A stretch of DNA of 64,000 nt from Acidimicrobiia bacterium (GTDB lineage Bacteria > Actinomycetota > Acidimicrobiia > Acidimicrobiales > Aldehydirespiratoraceae), in assembly GCA_022828135.1 (NCBI GenBank), contig JAJEJB010000015.1:81484-145483 (forward strand), written 5' to 3'. Below the pieces are notes generated by a model, which did not search any database, was not told the DNA's origin, and saw only the letters and a list, made by a program, of their open reading frames with translations. Below are positions 1 through 11,784 of this stretch, one piece after another. Within the stretch, counting starts at the first letter, position 1, and the number at the start of each line of letters is the position of its first letter. The position numbers and the translations under genes are program-made.

Positions 1-3000
1 GTGGCACGAGCCAAGGGCGGCGACCCGCTCGCCCCGGTCACCGTCGTCGTGCCCAACCACTACGTGGGCCTGGCGGCCCGCCGGGCGCTGGGGCGTCGCG
101 AGCACAACGGCACCCGGGGGGTTGCCGCCGTCGCCTTCCACACCGCCTACGACCTCGCCGAGCGTCTCGGAGGAGCTGCGATGGCCGCCGAGGGGCGCCG
201 GGGAGTGACTATGACGGTCATCGCCGCCGCGGTCCGCACCGTGCTGCGGCGCGATCCCGGGCATTTCCGGGGCGTGGAGACCCATCCGGCCACCGAGCGG
301 GCCCTCACCCGAGCCCACCGCGAGCTGTCCGAACTCGAGCACGGGCAGCTCCGGGCGCTGGCTGCGCAGTCGCCGCGGGCTGCCGACGTGGTGAGGATCC
401 ACCGGAAGGTCGCGGCCGACCTCGAAGCGGGCTTCAGCAACGAGCAGCAGCTGTCGAGGGCTGCGGTCGCGGCGGTGCGGGCCGACCCCTCCGCCGCGAC
501 GCGCCAACTCGGGCCGATGATCGTGTTCCTGCCGCAGAGGATCACGGACAGCCAGGCAGGCCTGCTGCGAGCAGTCGGCGAGGCGACGGACACGACGATC
601 GTCGCGGGCGCGACAGGCGCCGAGGACGCCGACGCCGCGGTGGTCGCCTCGGTCGGCAGGCTCGGCGCCGAGCTCGACGCCCCGGCACGGAGAGGCGAGC
701 GTGCTCAGGCTCGAGCCACGGTGGAGGCCCTCAGCGTCTCCGACGCCGACGACGAGGTGCGCCACGCCGTGCGGGCCGTGGTCGACGCGGCCCGAGCCGG
801 CACCCCCCTGGGGCGATGCGCCATCGTCTACGGCGTCGAGAGCCCATACGTGCGCCTGATCAGCGATGCGCTCGACGCGGCCGGCATCGCGCGCTGCGGC
901 GCCACCTCCCGAACGGTGGAGACGTCGCTGCTGGGGCGGTCGCTGCTGGACATGCTGGTCTTGCGAGACCGCGGGTTCTCCCGGCGCGTCGTGATGGCTT
1001 GGCTGGCCGGCGCCCCGGTGAGCGTCAGACGGCCCGACGATTCGAGCGACGACGCAGACGCCCACCGGTGGCAAGGAGTGCCGAGCGCCGCCTGGGAGCG
1101 GGAGGCCCGAGCCGCCCGAGTGGAGTCCGGGATCGACAGCTGGAGACGCAGGCTCACCCGGTACGCCGAGGACTGCACTGCCGAGGCCGATCATCACGCC
1201 GCCGACGAGGAGCAGGCATGGCGCGGCGACAGGCATCGGCGCAGCGCCGAGCGCTCGCTGGAGCTGCTGAGCTTCGTCGAGGAGCTCCACGCCGACCTGG
1301 ATCCCCGCCCGGCGCCGCGCACCTGGGCCGACCTGGCCAACTGGTGCCAGAAGCTGATCCAGAAGTACCTCGGCGGGCGGCTGCGCCGGAGCTGGCCGGA
1401 CGAGGAGCGGCAGATGGCCGAGCGGGTGGACCGCGCCGTCAGCCGTCTCGGAGATCTCGACGGCACCGACGACGAACCCTCGGTGGCCGCCTTCGGGCGG
1501 GCGCTGCGGCTCGAGTTGGAGGGTGCCGCGCACCGGCACGGGCGCCTCGGTGCAGGCGTGCTGGTCGGCCCGGTCGACCTGGCGCTCGGAGTGGAGCTCG
1601 ACTTGGCCGTGGTGTGCGGCATGGCCGAGGGAACCTTCCCCGCCCGCCGCAACGACGACGCCCTGTTGCCGGACCGGGAGCGGTTGGTGACAGGCGGCGA
1701 CCTGCCCGCCAGAGCCGACCGTCCCGGAGACGACCACCGGGCGCTGCTGGCGGTCGTGGCCGCGGCGGGGCGGTCGCTGCTGCTGCACCCCCGCGGCGAC
1801 CTGCGCCGGGCCGCGGACCGGTCGCCGAGCCGGTGGCTGACCGAGGAGGCGGGCGAAGCCCAGGAGGTGCCGTCGTTCGTGGCCGGGCTGCGTCGCACCG
1901 GGTTCCCGGCCCACGCCCAGGAGTACGACACCCGGTGCGTGCTCGACTGGCACGACGCCCGCACCCGCACCGCGAGCGGATGGAGCGAACTGGCGCGGAT
2001 TCCATGTGTGCGACAGCGCCCGGAGCTGCTCCGGGGCATCGAGCTGCGCCGGACCCGCCTGTCACCAAGGCTCACCCGCTTCGACGGCAACCTGTCGGCC
2101 GGCGACCTCCGGGGGACCGTTCTGGCGCACCCGGCCGGCGGCGGCCAGGCGACCTCCGCCTCCCGGCTGGAGATGTGGGCAGGGTGCCCTCACGCCTACT
2201 TCATGCGCCACGTCCTGAGGGTCGAGGCCATCGACGACGCCGACGACGACCATCGCATCAGCCCGCTGGAGCGCGGCAGCCTCGTGCACCGGATCCTCGA
2301 GCGCTGGCTGGCCGAGGCCATCTCCGAAGGCGCTGTGCCGGCGCCCGAGGCGCGCTGGCCCGAATCGTGGCGGACCCACCTGCTCGCCGTCGGGGAGGAG
2401 GAGTGCGACCGGCTCGCAGCGCGGGGCCTGGTCGGGCGCAGGCTCTACTGGGAGCACGACCGCCGCCAGATCCTCGCCGACCTTGTCCGCTTCCTCGACT
2501 TCGACGACGAACAGCGAGCTCGTTACGGATCGCAGCCCACGGCCGTGGAGCTCGGGTTCGGAATGCCCCACAGCGCGAGCGGCCCCGTCAGCGTCGAGAT
2601 CGGCAACGGGCGGTCCCTGAGCGTTCGAGGGTCGATCGACCGGGTCGACGCAACCCCGCACGGCGGACTGCTGGTGGTCGACTACAAGACGGGCTCCGCC
2701 CGCGCCTACGAGAAGCTCAGCCTCGACGACCCGACACTGGGAGGCCACCGTCTCCAACTCGTCCTCTACGACCTCGCGGCCCGCAGCCTGCTCGGCATCG
2801 CAAGCACCGCCCACGGGCACGGCGCCTACTGGTTCGTGTCGACCAAGGGACAGTTCAGCGACATCGGCTACGCCACCAACGCCGCTCGCCGGCGGGTTCT
2901 CGAGGCGGTGAACACCATCATCGACGGAGTCGGTGACGGCCTGTTCCCGCTGCACCCCGACGAGCCGGTGTGGAGGCCGTGGGTCCCGTGCGACTACTGC

Positions 3001-3147
3001 GACCCCGACGGCATGGGCACCCGCGACCAATGGCGCGACTTCCAGCGCAAGCGCGACGATCCGACCCTCGCCCGCTACCTCGACCTCGTAGATCCCGACC
3101 GCGAACGCTCCGAGGCCGCCCAGAGCGCCGGAGGAGCGCCACGATGA
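1..3147 (+). CDS. AddB/AdnA-type helicase-nuclease subunit with C-terminal PD-(D/E)XK (RecB-family) nuclease. The N-terminus is probably cut by the window edge.
   Basis: The ORF is open from nt 1. It has a C-terminal nuclease motif (GLLVVDYKTG ... HRLQLVLYDLAA) with flanking Cys residues (GCPHAYF, PCDYCDPDG). Its stop overlaps the start of the downstream UvrD-type gene (ATGA at 3144-3147). Confidence 0.75.
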   Translation: MARAKGGDPLAPVTVVVPNHYVGLAARRALGRREHNGTRGVAAVAFHTAYDLAERLGGAAMAAEGRRGVTMTVIAAAVRTVLRRDPGHFRGVETHPATERALTRAHRELSELEHGQLRALAAQSPRAADVVRIHRKVAADLEAGFSNEQQLSRAAVAAVRADPSAATRQLGPMIVFLPQRITDSQAGLLRAVGEATDTTIVAGATGAEDADAAVVASVGRLGAELDAPARRGERAQARATVEALSVSDADDEVRHAVRAVVDAARAGTPLGRCAIVYGVESPYVRLISDALDAAGIARCGATSRTVETSLLGRSLLDMLVLRDRGFSRRVVMAWLAGAPVSVRRPDDSSDDADAHRWQGVPSAAWEREARAARVESGIDSWRRRLTRYAEDCTAEADHHAADEEQAWRGDRHRRSAERSLELLSFVEELHADLDPRPAPRTWADLANWCQKLIQKYLGGRLRRSWPDEERQMAERVDRAVSRLGDLDGTDDEPSVAAFGRALRLELEGAAHRHGRLGAGVLVGPVDLALGVELDLAVVCGMAEGTFPARRNDDALLPDRERLVTGGDLPARADRPGDDHRALLAVVAAAGRSLLLHPRGDLRRAADRSPSRWLTEEAGEAQEVPSFVAGLRRTGFPAHAQEYDTRCVLDWHDARTRTASGWSELARIPCVRQRPELLRGIELRRTRLSPRLTRFDGNLSAGDLRGTVLAHPAGGGQATSASRLEMWAGCPHAYFMRHVLRVEAIDDADDDHRISPLERGSLVHRILERWLAEAISEGAVPAPEARWPESWRTHLLAVGEEECDRLAARGLVGRRLYWEHDRRQILADLVRFLDFDDEQRARYGSQPTAVELGFGMPHSASGPVSVEIGNGRSLSVRGSIDRVDATPHGGLLVVDYKTGSARAYEKLSLDDPTLGGHRLQLVLYDLAARSLLGIASTAHGHGAYWFVSTKGQFSDIGYATNAARRRVLEAVNTIIDGVGDGLFPLHPDEPVWRPWVPCDYCDPDGMGTRDQWRDFQRKRDDPTLARYLDLVDPDRERSEAAQSAGGAPR

Positions 3148-6100
3148 CCGCCGCGACACCGCCGCTCGCCGATCAGGCGGCGCGCGACCGGATCGCTACC
3201 GACCTCGACAGCACGCTGTTCGTGGAGGCCGGCGCGGGCTCGGGCAAGACCCGGGCACTCGTCGAGCGGGTTATCGCGCTGATCGGATCCGGTGTGGCCA
3301 TGGAGAACATCGCCGCCATCACCTTCACCGAGAAGGCGGGCGCCGAACTGCGGGACCGGATCCGGGACCGGCTGCGCAGCCCCGACGTTCGAGACGCTCT
3401 CGGGGAGGCCGCGGCTGAGGCCGCGCTCCGGCAGCTCGACGGCGCCGCGGTGGGGACGCTGCACTCCTTCGCGCAGAGGCTGCTGAGCGAGCATCCCGTG
3501 GAGGCGGGGCTGCCGCCCGGTGTGGAGGTGCTCGACGACATCGGCTCCCAGATCGAGTTCGACCTCCGCTGGCGCGACTTTCTCGAGGTGCTCCTCGACG
3601 AGCCCGCCATGGGTCCGACGCTGCTGGGGCTCGAAGTGCAGAGGGTGCGGCTCAACCAGATCCGGGCACTGGCCGTGCAGCTGAACGAGAACTGGGACCG
3701 CCTCGAGAGCTGGGACTTCCACCACGAACCCGACCTTCCGCCCGTCGATGTCACCGAAGCCCTCAAGGCGCTCGACCTGCTGGCCGGCATCCGCGCCTTC
3801 TGCACGGACCCCGGTGACAAGCTCCTTGCCCGCATCGACACGATCGCCAAGCACCGCAGCCGGCTGCTGGCCATGACCGGCGAGGCCGTGCCCACCGAGG
3901 TGGTCGCGGCCGATCACACCGACCGGATCGAGGCGCTGCTGGCTCTGGAGAGTGAATGCAAGGGCACCAACCTCGGCAAGGCCGGCTGCTGGGACGGCCA
4001 GGTTCAGAACGCCCGCGACGGCATCAAGCGCCTCAAGGCGGTCTGCGCACGAGCGCTCCGGTCGGCTGCGGAGGCTGCGTTGCGTCGCCTCGTGGCCCGG
4101 CTGGCCACCTTCACGCTGAGCGCCGCGGAGGAGCGGCGAGCCCGGGGACGCCTCGAGTTCCACGATCTGCTGGTTCGGGCCCGCCAAGTGCTGCGCCACG
4201 ACAGCCACGGACCGGCGGTGCGGGCGGCCTTGCGCGACCACTACCGGTGCCTGCTCATCGACGAGTTCCAGGACACCGACCCGATACAGGTCGAGCTGGC
4301 TGCTCTGCTGGGCTGTGACGACCCCGCCACCGCCACCGCCAACTGGGCCGAGATGGTCCCCGATCCAGGCCGCCTGTTCTTCGTCGGCGACCCCAAACAG
4401 TCCATCTACCGCTTCCGCCGAGCCGACATCGCCACATTCCTGGAGGCCCGCGACTGGACGAGCGGACAGGACCGGGGCCGGACCGAGGGCCTGGCGACCA
4501 ACTTCCGCTCGACACGCCCGATCATCGATTGGGTCAACGCCGTGTTCGGCGAGCTGATCCAGCCGGTGGAGGGCAGCCAGCCCGAGTACGCGCCGCTGGG
4601 CGCGGTCCGCGAACCGGTCCGGCGGGGGCCTGCGGTGACGGTCCTGGGTGCGCAACCGATCGACATCGAGGGCCGGGCCTCCGCCGGCGAACTGCGCCGG
4701 CGGGAGGCCGAGTCGGTAGCGCAGGCGGTAGCCGCGGCCCTCCAGGATCGATGGGATGTCGACGGAGGGTCACCGGCGGAGCCGGCGCCCCGGCGCGCCC
4801 GGCTGGGGGACATCGCCATCCTCATCCCGTCCCGGCTCAGCCTGGGCGACCTCGAGGACGCCCTCGACTCAGCCGGGATCCCCTACCGGGCCGAGTCCTC
4901 CTCGCTGGTGTACAGCACCCGCGAGGTGCGAGACGTGCTGTCGGCCCTTCAGGCTGTGGCCGACCCCACCGACGAGCTGGCCCTGGTCGCCGCCCTGCGC
5001 TCCCCGCTCTACGGCTGCGGCGACGACGACCTGGCTCACTGGCGCCTGGCCTTCCGGGGCAGGTTCTCGCTGCTTCGCCGGATGCCCGAGGACGCGCCGG
5101 CGGACCACCCGGTGGCCGAGGGGATCGCCCACCTTGCCGAGCTCCACCGGGCCAAGCGCTGGACCAGCCCGCCCGCCCTGATCGACCGGCTGGTCCGCGA
5201 GCGCGGCGCCTTCGAGACCGCGGTGGCCGGCGGGCGGCCACGCGACGTGTGGAGACGGCTCAGGTTCGTGATCGACCAGGCTCGAGCCTGGGCCGACGCC
5301 GGCGGCACCAACCTGCGCGACTACCTGGCATGGGCCCGGCTGCAAGGCGCCGACAACGCCCGGGTGACCGAGACGATCCTGCCCGAGACCGATGACGACA
5401 GCGTGCGCATCCTCACCGTGCACGCCGCCAAGGGCCTCGAGTTCCCCATCGTGGTCCTGTCGGGCATGACCACCAGGCTCAGCGCACCCGTCCGCGGGCC
5501 TTCGGTGGCCTTCGACGCATCGGGAGAGCCGGTGGTGAGGCTGCGGGGAGGGATCGAGTCCGAGAACTACGAGGCGTGGAAGCCGATCGACGAGCAGATG
5601 GACGCCCATGAGCGCCTCCGGCTGCTGTACGTCGCCTGCACCCGGGCCCGCGACCACTTGGTGGTGAGCCTGAATCGCCGGGATCCCGGCGAGACCGGCA
5701 AGAAGGAGAACTCGGCGGCATGGGCTCTGGCCGATGCGGGCGCGGCCGGGGCCGGGGCTGTGGACGGCTCGACCTTCCTGGTTCCGGCCGACGAGGGTTG
5801 GGTTCCGGCCGACGGCCGGCCCGCTCCGGCGGAGCCGTCACGGGCTCCGCTGCCCGAGCGCGATGAGTGGGAACACGAGCGCGATCGCTGCCTGGCCCGG
5901 GCTGCGGTGCCTCTGGCGGTGTCGCCCACTGCGCTGTCAGCCGGTGACGTCGGAGAGGCAGTCGACGACCCGGGCCTGGACAAGGACCCCGACGACTCCG
6001 AACAGCCCCCGTGGAGCAAGGGGCGCTACGGCACTGCCGTGGGTCGGGCGGTGCACGGCGTGCTCCAGGACGTCGACCTGTCCACCGGCGAGGGCCTCGA

Positions 6101-6548
6101 AGACCTGGCCGATCGGCAGGCCGCGGCCGAGGGTGTCAGCGGCCGATCCAGGATCGTGGCCGGCCTGGCCCGGGCCGCGCTCGACACGGCTGTGGCCCGC
6201 GAGGCGGCCGCCTCCGAGCATTGGCGGGAGCTGTTCGTGGCCGCGTCGTTCGGGGAGCGCCTGGTCGAGGGATACGTCGACCTCGTCTACCGCGGCCCCG
6301 GCGGGCTGGTGGTGGTCGACTGGAAGACCGACACCATCGCCGGCGACGACGGCGTCGACGCCAAGATGGCCCGCTACCGGCTGCAGGGCGCCGCTTACGC
6401 GGCCGCTCTTGAGGCAGTGACCGGCGAGCCCGTGGCTCGCATGGTGTTCGTGTTCCTCGACCGGGCCGGAGCGATCGAGGCCGAACTCCCCGACCTGCGG
6501 GCTGCGGTGGACGAGGCGCTGGAGGCGGCTGCCGGCGTCAGCGGTTGA
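3144..6548 (+). CDS. UvrD/Rep-type helicase with C-terminal RecB-family nuclease (AddA/AdnB-type)
   Basis: Walker A FVEAGAGSGKT. UvrD-like motifs DEFQDTDP, VGDPKQSIYRFRRAD and TVHAAKGLEF. C-terminal GLVVVDWKTD ... YRLQGAAYA. The ATG at 3144 was chosen over the ORF-track start at 2970 because it overlaps the upstream stop. Confidence 0.85.
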   Translation: MTAATPPLADQAARDRIATDLDSTLFVEAGAGSGKTRALVERVIALIGSGVAMENIAAITFTEKAGAELRDRIRDRLRSPDVRDALGEAAAEAALRQLDGAAVGTLHSFAQRLLSEHPVEAGLPPGVEVLDDIGSQIEFDLRWRDFLEVLLDEPAMGPTLLGLEVQRVRLNQIRALAVQLNENWDRLESWDFHHEPDLPPVDVTEALKALDLLAGIRAFCTDPGDKLLARIDTIAKHRSRLLAMTGEAVPTEVVAADHTDRIEALLALESECKGTNLGKAGCWDGQVQNARDGIKRLKAVCARALRSAAEAALRRLVARLATFTLSAAEERRARGRLEFHDLLVRARQVLRHDSHGPAVRAALRDHYRCLLIDEFQDTDPIQVELAALLGCDDPATATANWAEMVPDPGRLFFVGDPKQSIYRFRRADIATFLEARDWTSGQDRGRTEGLATNFRSTRPIIDWVNAVFGELIQPVEGSQPEYAPLGAVREPVRRGPAVTVLGAQPIDIEGRASAGELRRREAESVAQAVAAALQDRWDVDGGSPAEPAPRRARLGDIAILIPSRLSLGDLEDALDSAGIPYRAESSSLVYSTREVRDVLSALQAVADPTDELALVAALRSPLYGCGDDDLAHWRLAFRGRFSLLRRMPEDAPADHPVAEGIAHLAELHRAKRWTSPPALIDRLVRERGAFETAVAGGRPRDVWRRLRFVIDQARAWADAGGTNLRDYLAWARLQGADNARVTETILPETDDDSVRILTVHAAKGLEFPIVVLSGMTTRLSAPVRGPSVAFDASGEPVVRLRGGIESENYEAWKPIDEQMDAHERLRLLYVACTRARDHLVVSLNRRDPGETGKKENSAAWALADAGAAGAGAVDGSTFLVPADEGWVPADGRPAPAEPSRAPLPERDEWEHERDRCLARAAVPLAVSPTALSAGDVGEAVDDPGLDKDPDDSEQPPWSKGRYGTAVGRAVHGVLQDVDLSTGEGLEDLADRQAAAEGVSGRSRIVAGLARAALDTAVAREAAASEHWRELFVAASFGERLVEGYVDLVYRGPGGLVVVDWKTDTIAGDDGVDAKMARYRLQGAAYAAALEAVTGEPVARMVFVFLDRAGAIEAELPDLRAAVDEALEAAAGVSG

Positions 6549-7074
6549 GCCGCTCGCCCAACTGGAACACCAGGCGCTGCACAGCCGCGGCCAAGCCCTC
6601 GCGTTCGGCCTCGTCGAGGGCCCCGATCTCGGTGTCGAAAGCCTCGAGGACCACGTCCAGGGTCTCTCGGGCCAGGCCTAGGCCCTTGGGCGTGAGTTCC
6701 AAGAGGCTGCGGCGGCCGTCGTCGGGGTCGGCCACCCTGCGTACCAGCCCCTGGCTGACCAGGCGCTGCGTCGTCTTGGTAGCCCCGCCCGAGGTCTGGA
6801 CTATGCGCCGGGCCAGCTCGCCCGCGGTCATTCGGTGCGGCGGGCCGACCAGCCACAGCGCGCTTAGGGCGAAGTAGCCGGAGGTGTCGAGTTGGCGGGC
6901 AGCCAGGGTCTCCGACAGCCACGCCTCGATCTGGCGTCCCGCCAGCAGAGTCCATATCAGCACGTCGACGGTGTGGCGGTGCTGCTTGCCCAACAAGGGA
7001 TCGATCGATTCGAGCGCCTTGTAGTCGAACGCGAACCGCTGCGCCTCGCCTGCGTCCTGCCGGTCCTCCCCCAT
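6538..7074 (-). CDS. MarR-family transcriptional regulator
   Basis: Winged-helix MarR core (MTAGELARRIVQTSGGATKTTQRLVSQGLVRRVADPDDGRRSLLELTPKG). The internal ATG at 7074 is preferred to the ORF-track start at 7182. It lies 17 nt downstream of the preceding minus-strand gene. Confidence 0.8.
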   Translation of the reverse strand: MGEDRQDAGEAQRFAFDYKALESIDPLLGKQHRHTVDVLIWTLLAGRQIEAWLSETLAARQLDTSGYFALSALWLVGPPHRMTAGELARRIVQTSGGATKTTQRLVSQGLVRRVADPDDGRRSLLELTPKGLGLARETLDVVLEAFDTEIGALDEAEREGLAAAVQRLVFQLGERLNR

Positions 7075-7090
7075 CGGTGCCACCGTCCGG

Positions 7091-8452
7091 CTAGTCCTCG
7101 TGGGCCAGTGGGTCGGGGTCGCCGGGGCGCATCCGCCCGGTGAACAGCACGGCCACCCGCTCTCGGGGAGAGACGCCCGCAACCGCGGAGCCGTCGCCGG
7201 TCGCGGTCAGGGCCAGCAGGCCGCCGAGGCCCGCCGCCCCCGTGGGGCACACGTCGATGTCCGTGTGTTCGTGCGCGAGGCGGTGGGCCCGCCGGAGGTC
7301 GTCCTCGGAGGAGACCAGGGGCCATCCACCGGAGGCGAGCATTGCTTCGACTATGTCGACCCAGTCGTAGGTGATGTCGTCGAGGATCCCCGAGGCGTAC
7401 GACACCGGCTCCTTCTCCCACACCCGCATGTAGCGCTCGGGATCGTAGCGCAGGCGGCCTACCAGCTCCCGCAGCCGGTCGCCCTCGATCGGACCGATCG
7501 ACTCGGCGATCGCGGCCCGTCTTCCGTTGTCCATGGTGCCCTCAGGCACGGCTTGAGCACGGACGATCCGGTCGAGGAAGTACGAGCTGTCCCGGGTGTT
7601 CGGAGCGCGCTCCGGCGTGAGCGACTCGAGCGCCAGCGTGTCCCAGGCCCGCACCAGGGGATGGTTGCCCTCGGGCTGAACGGCATGGACCACGGGCAGG
7701 CGGGCCAGATCGCCCCGGTCCGCCGCCGCGGCCAGTCCGGTCACCACCGCGGTGGCCAGCGCGCCCCCGCCGACCTGCACGAACAGCCGGTCGAGGCGAG
7801 CCGGCGAGCCGCCGTCGTGCTCCAACAGGGCGTCCGCCATCTCCCAGGCCAGGGTCCGGCCGCCGTCGATGGTGGCCGGGGTCTCGGTCCCCTGGCACGA
7901 GAACGGAACCGCGCCGGCCTCGATGGCGGCCAGCATGGCGTGGTGGGCGGGGTCGCCGGGCACGCCCGGCTGGCGCTCGCATGGCACCACCCGCCCACCC
8001 AGCTCGGTTATGCGGTCCACCACCGTTTCGTTGGCCCAGGTCGGCACGAACACATCGAGAGGTCGGCCCACGGCCCGGGCCACCACCGCCGCGGCCAACG
8101 CGGCGTTGCCGCAGCTGGCGATGGCGTAGGGCGCGGCGTCGCTGCCGTGGCCGCCGGAATCTCCCAGCCGGTGAGCCAGAGCCACGCCGAACAGGTGCCG
8201 GGCCTTGTGCGAGCCGGACACGTTGCCCGTCTCGTCCTTGACCCACAGTTCGGCGTCTCCGATGCCGACCGCTCCGGCGAGTTCCGGGGCCGGAGCGAAC
8301 GGCGTGGGCTCGAAGCCGTGCCCCTCCACGGCGGCGACGGCCGCGTCGAGTTCGCCGATCGCGGTCGCCACCGCGTCAGAGGTCGCCGCACCCTCGGGCA
8401 CGAGCCGGCTCGCCTCGAGCCGTTCGGCGTAGCCCTCGAAGGTTGATGTCAC
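7091..8452 (-). CDS. PLP-dependent enzyme, threonine-synthase / Trp-synthase-beta fold (specific activity unknown)
   Basis: Lysine motif GNVSGSHKARH and glycine loop VQVGGGALAT. 453 aa with a GTG start at 8452. Confidence 0.6.
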   Translation of the reverse strand: MTSTFEGYAERLEASRLVPEGAATSDAVATAIGELDAAVAAVEGHGFEPTPFAPAPELAGAVGIGDAELWVKDETGNVSGSHKARHLFGVALAHRLGDSGGHGSDAAPYAIASCGNAALAAAVVARAVGRPLDVFVPTWANETVVDRITELGGRVVPCERQPGVPGDPAHHAMLAAIEAGAVPFSCQGTETPATIDGGRTLAWEMADALLEHDGGSPARLDRLFVQVGGGALATAVVTGLAAAADRGDLARLPVVHAVQPEGNHPLVRAWDTLALESLTPERAPNTRDSSYFLDRIVRAQAVPEGTMDNGRRAAIAESIGPIEGDRLRELVGRLRYDPERYMRVWEKEPVSYASGILDDITYDWVDIVEAMLASGGWPLVSSEDDLRRAHRLAHEHTDIDVCPTGAAGLGGLLALTATGDGSAVAGVSPRERVAVLFTGRMRPGDPDPLAHED

Positions 8453-8469
8453 GACTGCTGCCAGTAACG

Positions 8470-8602
8470 CTCAGAGGCCCAGCGGACAGGTGCGCGAACC
8501 CGGCTCATACGGGCGGGGCCGTGGCCCGAGCGGCCCGTGAGCGCAGCGAACAAGAGCGGGAATGACCCCGCTGCAACATGACCGATTCCCACCTATCCGC
8601 GC
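8470..8602 (+). repeat. Dispersed repeat family, copy 1 (long form, about 133 nt), intergenic between two co-directional minus-strand genes
   Basis: It starts TCAGAGGCCCAGCGG. It carries the core GGCCGTGGCCCGAGCGGCCCGTGAGCGCAGCGAACAAGAGCGGG at about 8517-8560. The right arm ATGACCCCGCTGCAAC...CCTATCCGCGC is shared with the copy at 23677-23807. Confidence 0.8.
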
Positions 8603-8608
8603 TCGCCC

Positions 8609-10162
<1,554 letters not shown>

Positions 10163-10215
10163 GCCCCAAGTATCACGGCCCCCCACCGAAATTCCTGTAG
10201 TTGGGAACGGAGCTG

Positions 10216-11784
10216 TCAGATGGCCGTCGCGTGGCCCTCCCAGTAGGGGTCCCGCAGCTTGCGCTTGTAGAGCTTGCCGTTGGGGTCGCGGGGCATCCCG
10301 GTGGTGTAGTCGATCGAACGGGGCAGCTTCTGGCGGCCGATGCGATCGCGCAGCCACTCCAGGACCGCCTTGGTGGTGCCGTCGCCGGGCTCCCATCCCT
10401 CCCGCAGCTCGACCACCGCCTTGATCTCCTCGCCCGTGTCGGGGTTGGGCACCCCGAACACGGCCGCGTCGCCCACCGCGGGATGCTGCACCAGCTCGCC
10501 CTCGATCTCCGCGGGGTAGATGTTCACCCCGCCCACGATGATCATGTCGTTGGCCCGGTCGTTGAGGAACAGGTACCCGTCGGCGTCGAGGTAGCCGACG
10601 TCACCCACGGTGAAGAACCCTCGCAGGCGGCTGGCCGCGGTCTTGGCCTCGTCGCCCTTGTACTCGAAGACGGCCCCCGGCATCTTCATGTAAACCGTGC
10701 CCGACTCGCCCGGCGGCAGGTCGTTGCCGTCCTCGTCGACCACGATCACCTCGCAGCCGGGCCAGGCTTTGCCGACCGTGCCGGGCCGGTCCGTCCACTC
10801 CGCGGCCGACACCGATGTGCCCCCGCCCTCGGTGGCCGCGTAGTACTCCCAGATGGAGTCGCCCCACCACTCGATCATGCGTCGCTTGGTCTCGATCGGG
10901 CAGGGGGCGGCGGCATGCACCATGGCGCGCAGCGAGGACACGTCGTAGCCCGAGCGCACCTCGTCGGGTAGCTGCAGCAGCCGGTTGAACATGGTGGGCA
11001 CCATGTGCGAACTCGTGACCCGGTAGCGCTCGATGCGCTCCAGGGCGCCCTCGGCGGTCCAGCGGTCCATGAGCACCACGGTGTGGCCCAGATGCAACGA
11101 CATCGTGGTCCAGTTGTTGACCGCGGTGTGGTACAGCGGAGCCTGGGTGATCTGGACGTTGCCGTCGTGGGGCTTGGAGCCGAACAGCATCAGCAGCATT
11201 CCCGCGGTGGACGAGGCCTCGTCGGGGGGCCGGGGATCCAGTGCCCGCCGCACTCCCTTGGGCCGGCCGGTGGTGCCCGACGTGTAGAACATGAACGACC
11301 CAGTGGCCAGCTGCTCGTGATCGGGCCTGTCGCCGGTGTGGCCCGCAATGAGTTCGTCGAAGGGTCGGAACCCCTCGACCGGCCCGCCTACGCAGAACCG
11401 GTTCTCGGTGGGCACGACACAGCCGTCGAGCGCCTTGACCGCCTCCTCGGCGAAGCGCTCATGAACGATGAACGCCTTGGTCTCGGCGTCGTTGACGATG
11501 TAGTTGATCTCCGCGCCCACGAAGTGCCAGTTGATGGTGGTCACGTACAGGCCGCTCTGGTAGGCGGCCAGGCAGAGCGCGAGCTGCTCGAAGCAGTTGG
11601 GCAGCAGGGTCGTGACCTGATCGCCCTTGCCGAGCCCGGCGGCCCGCAGACTCCGGGAGATCCGGTTCGTGAGGGCCGCCAACTCGCCGAAGGTCAACTG
11701 GCTGTGCTCGGGGTCGACCACCGCCAGGAAGTCGGGATCGGCCTCGGCGATGTTCCACAGCCCCAGGGCGTCGGTGTTTGCCAT
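10216..11784 (-). CDS. AMP-dependent acyl-CoA synthetase/ligase
   Basis: AMP-binding signature YTSGTTGRPKG, plus GDVGYLDADGYLFLNDR and a C-terminal PRDPNGKLYKRKL motif. Confidence 0.85.
   Translation of the reverse strand: MANTDALGLWNIAEADPDFLAVVDPEHSQLTFGELAALTNRISRSLRAAGLGKGDQVTTLLPNCFEQLALCLAAYQSGLYVTTINWHFVGAEINYIVNDAETKAFIVHERFAEEAVKALDGCVVPTENRFCVGGPVEGFRPFDELIAGHTGDRPDHEQLATGSFMFYTSGTTGRPKGVRRALDPRPPDEASSTAGMLLMLFGSKPHDGNVQITQAPLYHTAVNNWTTMSLHLGHTVVLMDRWTAEGALERIERYRVTSSHMVPTMFNRLLQLPDEVRSGYDVSSLRAMVHAAAPCPIETKRRMIEWWGDSIWEYYAATEGGGTSVSAAEWTDRPGTVGKAWPGCEVIVVDEDGNDLPPGESGTVYMKMPGAVFEYKGDEAKTAASRLRGFFTVGDVGYLDADGYLFLNDRANDMIIVGGVNIYPAEIEGELVQHPAVGDAAVFGVPNPDTGEEIKAVVELREGWEPGDGTTKAVLEWLRDRIGRQKLPRSIDYTTGMPRDPNGKLYKRKLRDPYWEGHATAI

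Noticed and set aside
2100-3010. A possible AddB-type iron-sulfur cluster in the first helicase-nuclease subunit (Cys in GCPHAYF and PCDYCDPDG).
   Set aside because: I can find only three suitably placed cysteines, not the four-Cys pattern. The claim cannot be supported by eye, so it is mentioned only as evidence context.
6538-6548. An 11-nt overlap of the convergent AdnB-like and MarR gene 3' ends, considered as a regulatory antisense arrangement.
   Set aside because: Short convergent 3' overlaps are frequent in compact high-GC genomes. No additional structure or motif was seen.
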